This document shows positions 27,446 to 40,499 of a DNA stretch of 64,000 bases, piece after piece. A program made the translations under genes and the position numbers. Under the pieces are notes generated by a model. That model had not been told where the DNA came from. It saw only the letters and a program-made list of their open reading frames with translations, and ran no database searches. The stretch is from Eledone cirrhosa (Eukaryota). The stretch spans positions 29,326,001 to 29,390,000 of the forward strand of contig OZ024761.1 of assembly GCA_964016885.1 (NCBI GenBank), given 5' to 3'. Position 1 is the stretch's first letter, and each line of letters begins with the position of its first letter.

Positions 27446-29384
27446 ATCATGACAAAACGCACCCATAAGGATGAAATGCAAAGCTAACCTCAGCAGGATT
27501 TGAACTCTGATTGTAAAGGGATGTAAGTCTACACCACAAAGCATGTTGTTCGATGCTCGACCGATACTGCCAATCCACCATTTTCCATAATAATAATAGT
27601 TTCTGATTTAGGTACAAGGCCAGCAATTTTGAGGGAGGAGAAAGTTGATTAAATCAACCTTGGTGTGTTAGTGGTACCTTATTTTATCTACCCCATAAGG
27701 ATGAAAAGCAAAGCCAACATTGGCAAGATTTGAATTCTGATTGTAAAGGGATATAACACTATGCAACAAGGCATGTTGTCCGATGCTCTACCGATACTCC
27801 CAATCCACCACCCTCCACAATAATAATGGCTTCTGATTTAGGCAAAAGGCCAGCAATTTTGGGGAAGGGGAAGTCAGATCGGCCCCAGTGCATTACTGGT
27901 ACTTTATTTTATTGACCCCCCCAAATTATTGTTTCTACTTTTGGGTCAAGGCCTACAATTATCCCCAGTGCATTACTCGTACTTTATTTTATCGACCCCG
28001 TCGGGATAAAAGGCAAAGTTAACCTTGGCGGGATTTGAACTCAGACCTTAATAATAATAACCACAGATTCTGGTTCAGATAAGCACAAGGCCAGCAATAT
28101 AGAGGAGAGTGGGGGGACATCTATGTAAACAACCAGCCAGTACTTTAATTTACCAACCCATAACTAAATGCCACAAAGTATTTAGTCTGTTGCTCTATTG
28201 GTTCTACCAATCCACAGCAGATTCTGATGCCTATAGTTTCAATAAAAGTTGAAGTTGAAGCAACAGGTTAACCACTCAGAAACTCACAGGGTTTTGTGTC
28301 ATTAAAACAAATGACAAAGAGAGAGGGCAAAAAGGAGAGCGGGGAAGAGAGGGAGAGAAGACAAGAGGGAGGGGGGAAGAGAAGGTACGGGAGAGTGAGA
28401 GAGAGAAAGAGATAGAAGGCAAGGAGGAGAGGGAGAGAGAGAGATAAAGCAAAGGGGAGAGTGGGAGAGGCAGCGAGGGGGAGAGAGGAGGAGAGAGAGA
28501 GAGAGATTTTGAAGTAGAATCACTAATTCAAAATAAGAACTAATATTTAAATAGCTTTCATCTTCAAATTTTGGGTTCCCAAGAGAGGAAGGAGGGAAGG
28601 GGCTGGAGAGAGGGTAGAGAGAGGGGCTAGAGAGAGAGAGAGAGAGAGAGGAGCTAGAGAGAGAGAGGGCAGAAAGAGAGAAGGCAATGCGGGGAGGGGC
28701 AGTTACCAGAAAAATTAATCAGAGATAACTTTGATATTTTACAATCTTAATGATCTGACGGCTTACAATCAGTTTCGTTGATATTGGAGGGGGGGGGGGG
28801 GGCGATAAAGAGATAGGAGGGATGGATGGATGGGAGAAGGAGAGAGAGAAGGGGAGAGTAGAGGGGAGAGAGGGGTGGTTTTAAAGAAATAGTATTTAAT
28901 ATGTGTTAAGTCAATGCTAAATAATTTCCAGATTCTACTGGAAATCTCAGAAACTCCTTTGTGGTGTTACCCGAATATTTACACAGGATATCATCATCAT
29001 TATCATCATCATCCCTATCACCATCATCATTTACATTTATATCATCACCATCATCATAATCATTATCATCAACATTATCAAAATCATCATCAACATCAAT
29101 ATTATCAACATCATCATCATTATCAACATCACTGTATACAATAATTTTCATTATTTTATTATATCATTATTATCACTAGCATAGAGTTAGGCCCTTTATG
29201 ATCTGAGTTCAAATCCCGCCGAGGTTAACTTTGCATTTCATCCTTACGAGGTCGATAAAATAAAGTACCAGTAATGCACTGAGATAATTGCTGGTCTTGT
29301 GCCAATTGTAGAAACAATTATTATCACTAGCAGAAAAATCACCCCCCGGGTGGTTTTCTGCTAGCATGTGTAGTGTGCATATTG

Positions 29385-29598
29385 ATATTATATGTAGATA
29401 TGATATATTATGTTATATGTAGATATGATATATTATATTATATGTAGATATGATATATTATATTATATGTAGATATGATATATTATATTATATGTAGATA
29501 TGATATATTATATTATATGTAGATATGATATATTATATTATATGTAGATATGATATATTATATTATATGTAGATATGATATATTATGTAGATATGATA
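29385..29598. repeat. 25-bp AT-rich tandem repeat, about 8 copies
   Basis: Unit ATATTATATTATATGTAGATATGAT. Confidence 0.9.
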
Positions 29599-30217
29599 CG
29601 TCAAATAAAAAGTAAATTGACAATATGCACAGAAATTGAAGAGTGACTGTGTTACCCTGTCTTCTGTAATCAGTAAAGTAATCCACGATATATTTAAAAA
29701 AGACGATATTATATATAAACTGCATTATGGCAAAATGTTATGAAAACAAAAGAGGAGAAAATCAGATTAGCAACGGAAATAGTGTATGATATAATGATAA
29801 AAATATAGTATATGGCAAAGTGTTATGATATAACAAACGCTAATGGAAGTTTTGACATTTGAAAATTTTAAAAGATATGAATCTTGAAATAAGCAATGCA
29901 TTATATATAAGAATATTTATGTTTAATCAAGAGCTAAGAAATTTAGTAGATAAATTACATAATATTTATTCATGATTTATTCTAAGTAATCAAACTTATT
30001 TGAATAAGGTGATAAAAAAAATTAAATGTGCTACAGTCCCGCAGTTTTCCAATCATTATATATTAGATTAGCACAATCATCATCATCAGCAGCAACTTTG
30101 TTTTTACATTTTTACATCTGCCTCTTCCAATCTGGCATGGGTTTGACAAGATGTCTGAGGCTGTATATTATGGCCAGATGCCTTTTTGATGTCAAACATT
30201 ATTATTTATTAAAGTTA

Positions 30218-30412
30218 TGGCGGTGGACTGGCAATATCGGTAGAGGGTCGGACGCCATGCTTTGACGCATAGAGATACGGCCCTTGCCATTCTGAGTTCA
30301 AATCCCGCCGAGGTTAACTTTGCCTTTCATCCTTACGGGGTCGATAAAATAAAGCACCAGTAATACACTGGGTAATTGCTGGCCTTGTGCCAAAAATAGA
30401 AACAATTATTTA
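30218..30412 (+). mobile_element. Full-length SINE family A copy
   Basis: GGCGGTGGACTGGCAATATCGGTAGAG...GAGTTCAAATCCCGCC...GAAACAATTATT. A near-identical inverted copy lies at 38185-38372. Confidence 0.88.
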
Positions 30413-30552
30413 TTAAACTTATCCACTTATTTATTCCACTGATGTTCACTTGTTGAACTTCTGTCTCGGACATTGTTTATGGAGGAAGTAAATGATACAC
30501 ACACACACACACATTTCATTCTCTCTCTATCTTTATAAATATATATATAAAC

Positions 30553-30591
<39 letters not shown>

Positions 30592-30617
30592 TAATGTATA
30601 TATATATATATATACAT

Positions 30618-30654
<37 letters not shown>

Positions 30655-31159
30655 AATATATATATATATATATATCATCATCATCATCATCATATATATA
30701 TATATATATACACACAAATATATATATATATATATATACTTAAATATATATATTAATAAATATATTTCTATCATCATATATAATATCAAATATATTCTTT
30801 GAGTAAGTATGTATGTGCATATGTGAGCACCTACATATACATATATATACACAAGGTCATATATATATATATATTGACCTCTTATATATAAGCGTGTGTA
30901 TCTGTGTGTAACACACAGATACACACACCATACCATAAGCTTCACGTTCTTCTTCATCACACCCAAGGGTCCTGCAGGATTTTTTCCCCCCCAATAAACA
31001 TCTCTTAATAAGCCTTAACAAGGGACCACTGAAAGCTGTGTAGCTCTCCCACCGGCTTTCTAAACCATTTTATTTGTCTTGGAAACCATTGAGTTCGTTT
31101 TATAGATCACTTCCGACAGGAGCACATCAATTAATTGACATTGTTTACTGGCTTTTATT

Positions 31160-31446
31160 GCTACTACCACTACCACTACTACTACCACCACTACCACTAC
31201 TACTACTACTACTACTACAACCACTACCATTATTACTACAACCACTACCACTACTACTACTGACACTACTATTGTTATTAATACTGACCACTACTACTAC
31301 TGCTACCACTACTATTGCTACCACCACCACCACTACCACTACTACTACTACTACCACTCCCACTACTGCTACCCCAACCACTACTACTGCTACCACCATT
31401 ACTACTGCTACAACTACTACTACTACTGCTACCACCATTACTACTG

Positions 31447-31478
<32 letters not shown>

Positions 31479-32345
31479 GTTGCTGCTGCTACTACTACTA
31501 CTACTACTAACATTGCTACTACTACTGTTGTTGCTGTTTGAAGTGGTGAAAGCATTTAGTGATCATATTTGTGATAGTAGTGCTGATGGTGATGGTAGTC
31601 GTGATGGTGATGGTAGTGCTGATGGTGATGGTAGTGCTGATGGTGATGGTAGTGGTGATGGTGACGGTAGTGCTGATGGTGTTGGTAGTACTGATGGTGA
31701 TGATAGTCATGGTGGTGATGGTAGTCATGGTGGTGATGGTAGTCATGGTGGTGGTGGTAGTCATGGTGGTGATGGTGATGGTAGTACTGATGGTGATGGT
31801 AGTACTGATGGTGATGGTAGTACTGATGGTGATGGTAGTCGTGATGGTGATGGTAGTACTGATGGTGATGGTAGTACTGATGGTGATGGTGATGGTAGTA
31901 GTGGTGGCAGTGGTGGTGGTGATGGTAGTAGTGGCGGCAGTGGTGATGGTGATGGTAGTAGTGGTGGAAGTGGTAGTGGTGATGGTGATATGGTAGTAGT
32001 GGTGGTGATGGTGATGGTAGTAGTGGTGGAAGTGGTAGTGGTGATGGTGATATGGTAGTAGTGGTGGTGGTGGTGATGGTAGTAGTGGTGGAAGTGGTAG
32101 TGGTGATGGTGATATGGTAGTAGTGGTGGCAGTGGTTGTGGTGATGGTAGTAGTGGTGGAAGTGGTAGTGGTGGTGGTGATATGGTAGTAGTGGTGGCAG
32201 TGGTGGTGGTGGTGGCAGTGGTGGTGGTGATGGTAGTAGTGGTGGCAGTGGTGGTGGTGATGGTAGTAGTGGTGGCAGTGGTGGTGGTGATGGTAGTAGT
32301 GGTGGAAGTGGTAGTGGTGGTGGTGATGGTAGTAGTGGTGTCAGT
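31160..32345. repeat. (ACT/ACC)n and (GGT/GAT)n low-complexity tract
   Basis: Seen directly. Confidence 0.9.
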
Positions 32346-32619
32346 AATAATGGTAAATCTCTCAAAACTTAGCTTAAACTTTCCAGAGGGAAGAGGAAGT
32401 AATCTTTGAGAGTGTAAGTACGTGTATGTATGTGTGTATGTGAGTGTGAGTGCGAGAGAGTGTGTGTATGTACGAATATGCAGGAGCATGTGTGTGTATA
32501 TATATATATATATATACATACATATACATATATATATATACATATACACATATATATATATACATATACATATATATATATATATATACATACATATACA
32601 TATATATATATACATATAC

Positions 32620-32668
<49 letters not shown>

Positions 32669-32669
32669 C

Positions 32670-32712
<43 letters not shown>

Positions 32713-33225
32713 CACATATATATATATACATACATATATATATATACATACATGTAGTAGTTATAAAAATGATAGATCATCATCATCATCATCATCATCA
32801 TATATATATACACATATAGCAGTAAAAATATTATAAATATATATATATATATTTATGTATGTGTGTACATGTGTATGCATATAATAATATATGTGTGTGG
32901 TGTATGTATATATATGATTGTATGTATGAATTATATAAACTGTACTTAGTAACAAAGTCTCCCCAGCTCAGTGGAGCTGTCTGTCAGCTCAAGTGTATCC
33001 AGGATAAATCTCTAAAGAAGGATTTAGCTACGAATATCAAATCTCAAATCGGGAGCAAAATTCAGAACAGAATCAAAATGAGTGACGGATTTATCTACCC
33101 TTCGTCTCACCAACACCGACAACAACATCAACTACTATAAACACCACCTCATTGAGCCACTCTTGTGTGGGTGTGTATTGTACATATATATATATATATA
33201 TACATATATATACATATATATTATA

Positions 33226-33259
<34 letters not shown>

Positions 33260-33386
33260 CTATATCTATTCCATTTATCGTTTTCGGTGTGCCCGGCCGA
33301 CTGAACTCACTCGATATGCAAATTAGGCTGCTCAGCCGTTAATATGCATAAGGAAAGTATATACTTTCAGACGTTCAACCATCTGG

Positions 33387-33445
33387 CAGGAAGGTATACG
33401 ATGCTGACGATAGCTAATAAGCTTGAAACTAGTACATCGTTCCTG
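33387..33445 (+). ncRNA. Minimal type I hammerhead ribozyme
   Basis: acgatg-CTGACGA-T-AGCT aata AGCT-T-GAAA-CTAG-TA-catcgt. Stem I is acgatg/catcgt (plus caggaa/ttcctg), the stem III loop is the palindrome CTAG and the cleavage triplet is GUA. Confidence 0.8.
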
Positions 33446-33705
33446 TGTCAGTGTTGAACAAAAAGGTGACGTGGTTGCCTAAACACTGTACGGCGTAATT
33501 CAGGCTGTTTGTTTGTTTACAAACAAACAAACCGAGCATTATAATAAATGTTCGGTAAACAGATACGTGCATATATATATGTGTGCATGTATGTATATAT
33601 ATACATACTACTGTACGTCTGTATACATATATGTATGTACGTATACATACATATATACATATACATGTTTTAACGGTCTATTCTCCGATTTTTTACTTTC
33701 CCACG

Positions 33706-33736
<31 letters not shown>

Positions 33737-33934
33737 GTGTGTGTGTGTAAAGTTTTATATTTGTATGTGTGTATGTGTATGTATATGCCTTCATATGTGT
33801 GTGTGTGTGTGAGTGAGTGGGTGCAAGGATAGAAAAAAGAGACATTAAATGGTGATGATATATATAAATGTGTGTATGTATGTGTATATGTGCGTGTATA
33901 TTGATAAATTGATGGATAGATAGATAGATGAAGC

Positions 33935-34245
33935 TGAAGCATATAGACAATATGCCCCTACACACCCCACCGCAAGGTGGTCGTGGAGGTGCCACGGCAA
34001 AAAAGCACCCAGCCCACACTGTAAAGTGGACGTGTAGGCGCCACGAAAAAGCACCCAGCACTCACTGTAAATGAGGTTGGTGTTAGGAAGGGCATCCAGC
34101 TGTAGAAATCAAGCCAGATCAGTTCCTGTATGAGCAAGGCATGGTCAGCCGACCAGACACTGCCCACAACAGGACAACCCGTCTAACCCATGCTAGCGTG
34201 GAAGAACGGACGTAAAACGGTGATGATGATGATGATGATGATGAT
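33935..34245 (+). mobile_element. RTE LINE 3' UTR and (TGA)n tail
   Basis: Reverse complement of 35585-35895. Confidence 0.85.
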
Positions 34246-34418
34246 GTATGTATGTATGTTACCAGGCTGGTATTGTCTCTTACACACCCTGTAACTGACA
34301 TTACTCTGTCTGTCTCTCTGACTATATAAATATGTAAATATCCATATATAAATACATAGCTATATCTATATATATATATAGAGAGAGAGAGAGATGTCTA
34401 ATAGAGATGATGATAATG

Positions 34419-34453
<35 letters not shown>

Positions 34454-34660
34454 TATAAAGGTGGTGATGATGATATATAGATATATATGCATGTATGACA
34501 ACCATAATGATGATATATATATATATATATATATATGTCTATATATATATATTTTTATATACATAATCATATATATACATATTCATATACATAAATATAT
34601 ATATATATATATATATATTCATATACATAAACATATATAAACTTATATATATATATATAT

Positions 34661-34850
34661 AACAAAGGAATTGTGGTAAGGAACCAGATGGACCATAACA
34701 CACCAGAGTACTCAATACATAGGGTAGTAGAGTGGGAAATAGGAAAAAGTATGACCTCGACGGCAGAGCTCAAGCCATTTTGACGGCTATTTCAGTCCAG
34801 AAATAGTCGTCGAAACGGTTTGAGCTCTGCCGTCGGGGTCATACTTTTTC
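34661..34850. mobile_element. Second copy of the 12540-12730 fold-back element
   Basis: Same leader ACAAAGGAATTGT..GGACCATAAC..ACCAGAGTACTCAATAC and the same hairpin (34743-34850). Confidence 0.65.
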
Positions 34851-35145
34851 TTATCATCATCATCATCATTCATCATCATTTCATTTTATGTCCGCTTTTT
34901 CCCTGCTTGCAAGGGTGGGACGGGAACTGATTCTGGCTTGATTTCTACAGCTGGATGCCCTTCCTAACACCAATAAGGATAAATATATATCAAATATATA
35001 AGAACCATATATTTGATATATATTCATATACATAATGCGAAAAACGTGCTGCGGGGTTGCTAATGGGTTACATATGAATAAAGTTAGTCCTTCATCAGTG
35101 ATCTTCCAACCATCATTGGTATATATATATATAAATAAATAAACT

Positions 35146-35177
<32 letters not shown>

Positions 35178-35488
35178 CGTAAATATATATATACATACAT
35201 ATATATATATAAATATATATATATACACACATTTTCTAGATTCCCCTTATCTCCATTTATATTTGTTAAATTTCTTCCTCTATTATGTAATATTTCCTTG
35301 TTTTTTCTACTTCCTATTTCATCATAATTCATGACAATTATATAACTAAATAGGATCACTCATCTTGGCAGTTTGTCACTATTATCTCTATTAGTCTTTT
35401 ACTCCTTATATATAACCCCCCTCTCTTTCACCCTCTATCTCTATATATATATATATCTGTGTATGTGTATATATATATATATATACAT

Positions 35489-35524
<36 letters not shown>

Positions 35525-35583
35525 GTATCTCCCTACTTGTCTGTCTGTCTACCTACATACCACCTCTCTCTCTATATATATAT

Positions 35584-36980
35584 ATCATCATCATCATCAC
35601 CGTTTTACGTCCGTTCTGCCATGATAGCATGGGTTAGACGGATTGTCATGTTGTGGGCAGTGTCTGGTCGGCTGACCATGCCTTGCTCATACAAGAACTG
35701 ATTCTGGCTTGATTTCTACAGCTGGATGCCCTTCCTAATACCAACCTCATTTACAGTGAGTGCTGGGTACTTTTTTTCCGTGGCGCCTACACATACACTT
35801 TACAGTGTGGGCTGGGTGCTTTTTTGCCGTGGCACCTCCACGACCACTTTGCAGTGGGAGGGTGTGGAGGCATATTGTCTATATGCTTCAGCTTGTACCC
35901 ATGGGAGGTCAGGTACTTTGTATTACTGAGTGACGCCAGAGGTCACGGTCGTGTGTCATTGCCTTTGAGAGGTGTAATTGGGTAAGGTCAGCTTTTATCA
36001 CCTCCTCCCAGGTCTTCTTATCACCTCCTCCATTGACTTCTAGTGTTCTGCACCTTTTTATGCAGCTGTCATCCTTCATACGCATCACATGTCCATACCA
36101 ACGCAACCGCCTCTCCTGCACACATCATTTGATTCCTCTTATGCTGAGTCTCTCTCTCAATTCATTTATGCTTTGCTGTTCGCATATATTACTATAACAC
36201 ATCCATCGGATCATGCAGGCTTCGTTTCTCTCTAATCTATGTAAGTCTTCCACCTTCAGCGCCCAGGTCTCACTACCATGTAACATTGCTGTTCGGATAC
36301 ACGCATCATACAGTCTGCCTTTCATTTTGAGGGAGAAGCCTTTTGCAGCTAGCAGTGGCAGTAGTTCCCTGAACTTCTTCCATCCCGTTCTTACCCTAGT
36401 TATTGTACTTTCTGAACACCCACCTCCGCTGCTAATTCGGTCACCTAGGTAGCAGAAGCTGTCTACTCTTTCTACAGAGCCCTCCCAGAGATTGGTGGTA
36501 CTTGTTTCCTGTGGCTGTTTGCTGCTTGCTGTCCCAGCACAGCTGCTACATGTGAAGTCTATATTCTTAATTAAGCTTCCTGAGATCCCGCTACATCTCT
36601 TGTGTACCCATTGTTTGCATTTGGGGCAGAGAATGGAGTTCCTACCTACACCTTTCTTACATACTGAGCAAGGCCATTTCCCTGAGGGCATCTGGGTTCT
36701 GTTTTCTCGTCTACTTATAAGGACCTTAGTCTTTGTCATGTTGACTTTGAGGCCCTTTCTCTCTAGTCCCTGCTTCCAGGTTTGGAATTTCTTCTCTAGT
36801 TCTACCATAGATTCAGCTATAAGTGCGAGGTCATCTGCATACAGGAGTTCCCATGGGCATCTGGTCTTAAACTCCTCCGTTATTGCCTGCAGGACTATGA
36901 TGAACAGGAGAGGGATAAGAACAGAGCCCTGGTGGACAGCAACCTGTACGCTAAATTCCTCGCTATACTCATTGCTAATC
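35584..36980 (-). mobile_element. 5'-truncated RTE-clade LINE with PHD-like finger
   Basis: HQGSVL, LLYADDL, KWPCSVC...HKRC...CSSC, FCYLG, HGSETW and RRLRWYGHV (ORFs 36125-36808 and 35909-36121), with a tail at 35584. Confidence 0.92.
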
Positions 36981-37439
36981 CTAATATATATCTATATATA
37001 TATATAGTCCTTCATCAGAAGAAAGAATGAGCAATAAGATAGATTGAAGGAACGGATGTGTTGGAATTGGAAAAAATCTCTTTCGACAAAAATAACCGGT
37101 CCATTCATGTTGACATCTCTTATATATATATATGTATATATATATATGTATATCTAACCCATGCTAGCATGGAAGAACGGACATAAAACAGTGATGATGA
37201 TATATATATATATATATTATGTATACTCCAGTCCTACAAACTGTAGAGTGCTTCTTATCCGATATCTGCATTGCTTTATTGTACTACAATAAAACTCACC
37301 TCCTACATATATATATATATACATATATATATACATATATATATAAGAGATGTCAACATGAATGGACCGGTTATTTTTATCTAAAGAGATTTTTTCCAAT
37401 TCCAACTCGTCCGTCTCTTCAATCTATCTTATTGCTCAT

Positions 37440-37478
37440 TCTTTCTTCTGATGAAGGACTAGCGTCCAAAACGTTAAT
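37440..37478 (+). ncRNA. Degenerate minimal hammerhead (GAAA changed to AAAA)
   Basis: CTGATGA-A-GGAC tagc GTCC-AAAA-CGTTA. Truncated inverted copies occur at about 37005-37020 and 35085-35100. Confidence 0.55.
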
Positions 37479-37569
37479 ACCCCCTATCTGCTATTTCAAA
37501 CGTTAACCTAATATATTCCTTCCATATACTGTACTGATTGTGTTGTTATTTCTGTTTACCTTTTACATA

Positions 37570-37606
<37 letters not shown>

Positions 37607-37828
37607 TATCCACCTATTTATGGAACTCAATGTGGCCTTGAAGAGATGCTTTCAATAAGGTTAGGCAGTGTGTTCTATACTTTTTGTATTAGGCTCTCAT
37701 CATATAAGGTTCCCTCAAAGGTGCTGCTCAAACCACAATGTCATTTATATAAATATATATATATGGGGGTAGGGTGTACTGAACAATGGAAATAAAACAA
37801 AAGTCGACAATAGATTCTTAATTAGTTC

Positions 37829-37964
37829 ATTGTTTTACAATCGTTTCAGAGAGTTGTTTTGATCATGGTAGATGAATATATTGACTAGCAGGTAGTGGTT
37901 ATATCACTACCTATTTCTAGTCTTGAAATATCAGATCCTTCACACTGTCTTCTTCAGAAACAAT
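37829..37964 (-). ncRNA. Type I hammerhead ribozyme with an extended (about 100-nt) stem II region
   Basis: Minus strand: attgttt-CTGAAGA-[long insert containing the hairpin gactag..aggtagtg/cactacct..ctagtc]-GAAAC gatt GTA-aaacaat. Confidence 0.65.
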
Positions 37965-38392
37965 ATACAGATATACACACACACACACACACGTATATAT
38001 ACATCTATACACAGAGACACACAGATACATATATATATATAATCAATGAAAAAAGAATTAGTTGATTTGTGATCAACGCGTTCTTATATATAACAGATGC
38101 CAAGCACTCAACGGTATAAATTTATGCGGAGTATTATTATAATGATAATAGTAAGGGTCGGACATATATATATATATCTAAAATAATTGTTTCTACTTTT
38201 GGCACAAGGCCAGCAATTACCCAGTGCATTACTGGTACTTTATTTTATCGACCCCATAAGGATGAAAGGCAAAGTTAACCTCGGCGGGATTCGAACTCAG
38301 AATGGCAAGGGCCGTAACTCTATACGTCAAAGCATGGCATCCGACCCTTTACCGATACTGCCAATCCACCGCCATATATATATATATATAAT

Positions 38393-38703
38393 GATAATAG
38401 TAATAAATGAAAAGATAAATATTTTATATCATCTCTTTTTATTTTATCATATATATTTCGAAGATGTAAAGTTTTATGTATAACATAAAGCAAAACATGT
38501 CCTCAAAACATATGCCTGGTGGTCATCAATCTGTCCAATTCGTTTGTCTCCCAGCATATGAGGAAAAAATTATACATTTTCTATGTATTTTGTCTGAGGA
38601 GGACATGTTTTGCTTTACATAAAACTTTACATCTTCAAAATATATATAATGAAATAAATAGAGATGATATAAAGTTTTTATCTTTTCGTTTATTACTATT
38701 ATT
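38393..38703. repeat. Inverted repeat (about 110-bp arms) of a hammerhead-bearing element
   Basis: 38393-38505 is the reverse complement of 38595-38703. CTGAGGA is at 38594. The element is homologous to 50330-50505. Confidence 0.75.
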
Positions 38704-39312
38704 ATATATATATATATGTCCCACCCTTGCAAGCAGGGAAAAGCAGACGTAAAATGATGATGATGATGATATATATATATATATACACAAATTGGCAGTG
38801 AACTGACCTCTATTGCCAACCAACCAACTAACCAATACACTAAAGATTCTGTCAATCCACTGCCCTACTACGAAGAAAATAATAATAATAATATTAATAA
38901 TAATAACAATAAAATAATGAATTACAAAAAATGAAGAAAGTTTTAAATGTTTGCAAAGATTATGAAGAAATAAATATATTTGAAAAGCAAATAAACAAGT
39001 CACGACAAAATAATAAATAATTTTAAAATATGAAATGAAAATGAAATAAAAATGACTTTTAAAAAATTTGGAATAAAACAAACAAAATATAAACGAAATA
39101 AATTTGCATAAAAATGTTTTTTAAATAAACAAAGAAAACAAAATGGAATCAAAGTTTTTAAAATATATTTTATTTGAGTTTGGTGAAAAATAAAATAGTA
39201 ATGAATATTTTCAAGAAAACGAGGAAAATGTTTTAGTAATTAGAGAAAGTTGTTTTGATAAACAGGGAAAGTTTTCTTATGATAAAAATTTAGTAGAATG
39301 TTCTCTGTAACC

Positions 39313-39496
39313 CAGTCATGGGCAAACTGTCACCTGCAGGACAACACCTGAAACATGTCACACATCATGCTTTCTGTACGGCACATCTGTTGAAAGATTA
39401 CCTTGATTTTTTGGGGTTTTTTTCAGTAGTGTGGCCTGCCTTATGGTGAACCATATCTTATGTGGTCTGCTGCTTGAGAAAGGTTGCTCATGCTTG
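39313..39496. mobile_element. Old hAT-like MITE
   Basis: Termini CAGTCATGGGCAAACT ... AGGTTGCTCATGCTTG. No clear 8-bp target duplication. Confidence 0.45.
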
Positions 39497-40137
39497 CCCC
39501 TGCAATATCTGTTATTCCACTGTCATCAACTCTTAACACCCTACGATGTCTGCCTTAACTATATATCTGTCATTCAACTGACATCAACTCTTAACACCCA
39601 GTAATGTCTGCCCTATCTAATATCCGACCATTATTCCATTTCTTTGCCTTTCATCCTTACGGGGTCGATAAAATAAAGTACCAGTAATGTACTGGGTAAT
39701 TTCTGGCCTTGTGCCAATAGTAGAAACAATTATTCCAATTAGGTCTGAGTTCAAATCCTGCCGAGGTTAACTTTGCCTTTCATCCTTACGGGGTCGATAA
39801 AATAAAGCACCAGTAATGCACTGGGTAATTGCTGGCCTTGTGCCAAAATAGAAACAATTATTCCTTCATTAATACATTAGTAAGAAAGTGGGAGTAGTTC
39901 AATTGACACTCTCTCATTACCCTCCCCTATATATCCATAACCACTAAATTCTCCCCTTTCCATATCAACCACACGGCACTCTCTCATTATCTCTCTCTCC
40001 ATATCTAACACCAATAATCTCTCCCCCTTTTTTATATCTATTACGACACTATCTCTCCCAGCAACCCTCTCTATATCTACTACCAGCAACATCTCCCCCT
40101 CTCTCTATTTATCTACACTATATCTGTCATTCCACTG

Positions 40138-40499
40138 ACATCAACTCTTAACATCCTGCAATGTCTACCCTAACAATATATATCACTCCTTTAACATCAA
40201 CTCTTAACATCCTGCAATGTCTGCCCTAACAATATATATCACTCCTTTAACATCAACTCTTAACATCCTGCAATATCTGCCCTAACAATATATATCACTC
40301 CTTTAACATCAACTCTTAACATCCTGCAATGTCTACCCTAACAATATATATCACTCCTTTAACATCAACTCTTAACATCCTGCAATGTCTACCCTAACAA
40401 TATATATCACTCCTTTAACATCAACTCTTAACATCCTGCAATATCTGCCCTAACAATATATATCATTCCTTTAACATCAACTCTTAACATCCTGCAATG
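40138..40499. repeat. 56-bp tandem repeat, about 6.5 copies
   Basis: Unit ACATCAACTCTTAACATCCTGCAATGTCTACCCTAACAATATATATCACTCCTTTA. Confidence 0.95.

Noticed and set aside
32960-33155. Possible hAT transposase C-terminal remnant (GFS...NRI...LRLTN..NI)
   Set aside because: It needs several frameshifts and has no termini, so it is too weak without a profile search.
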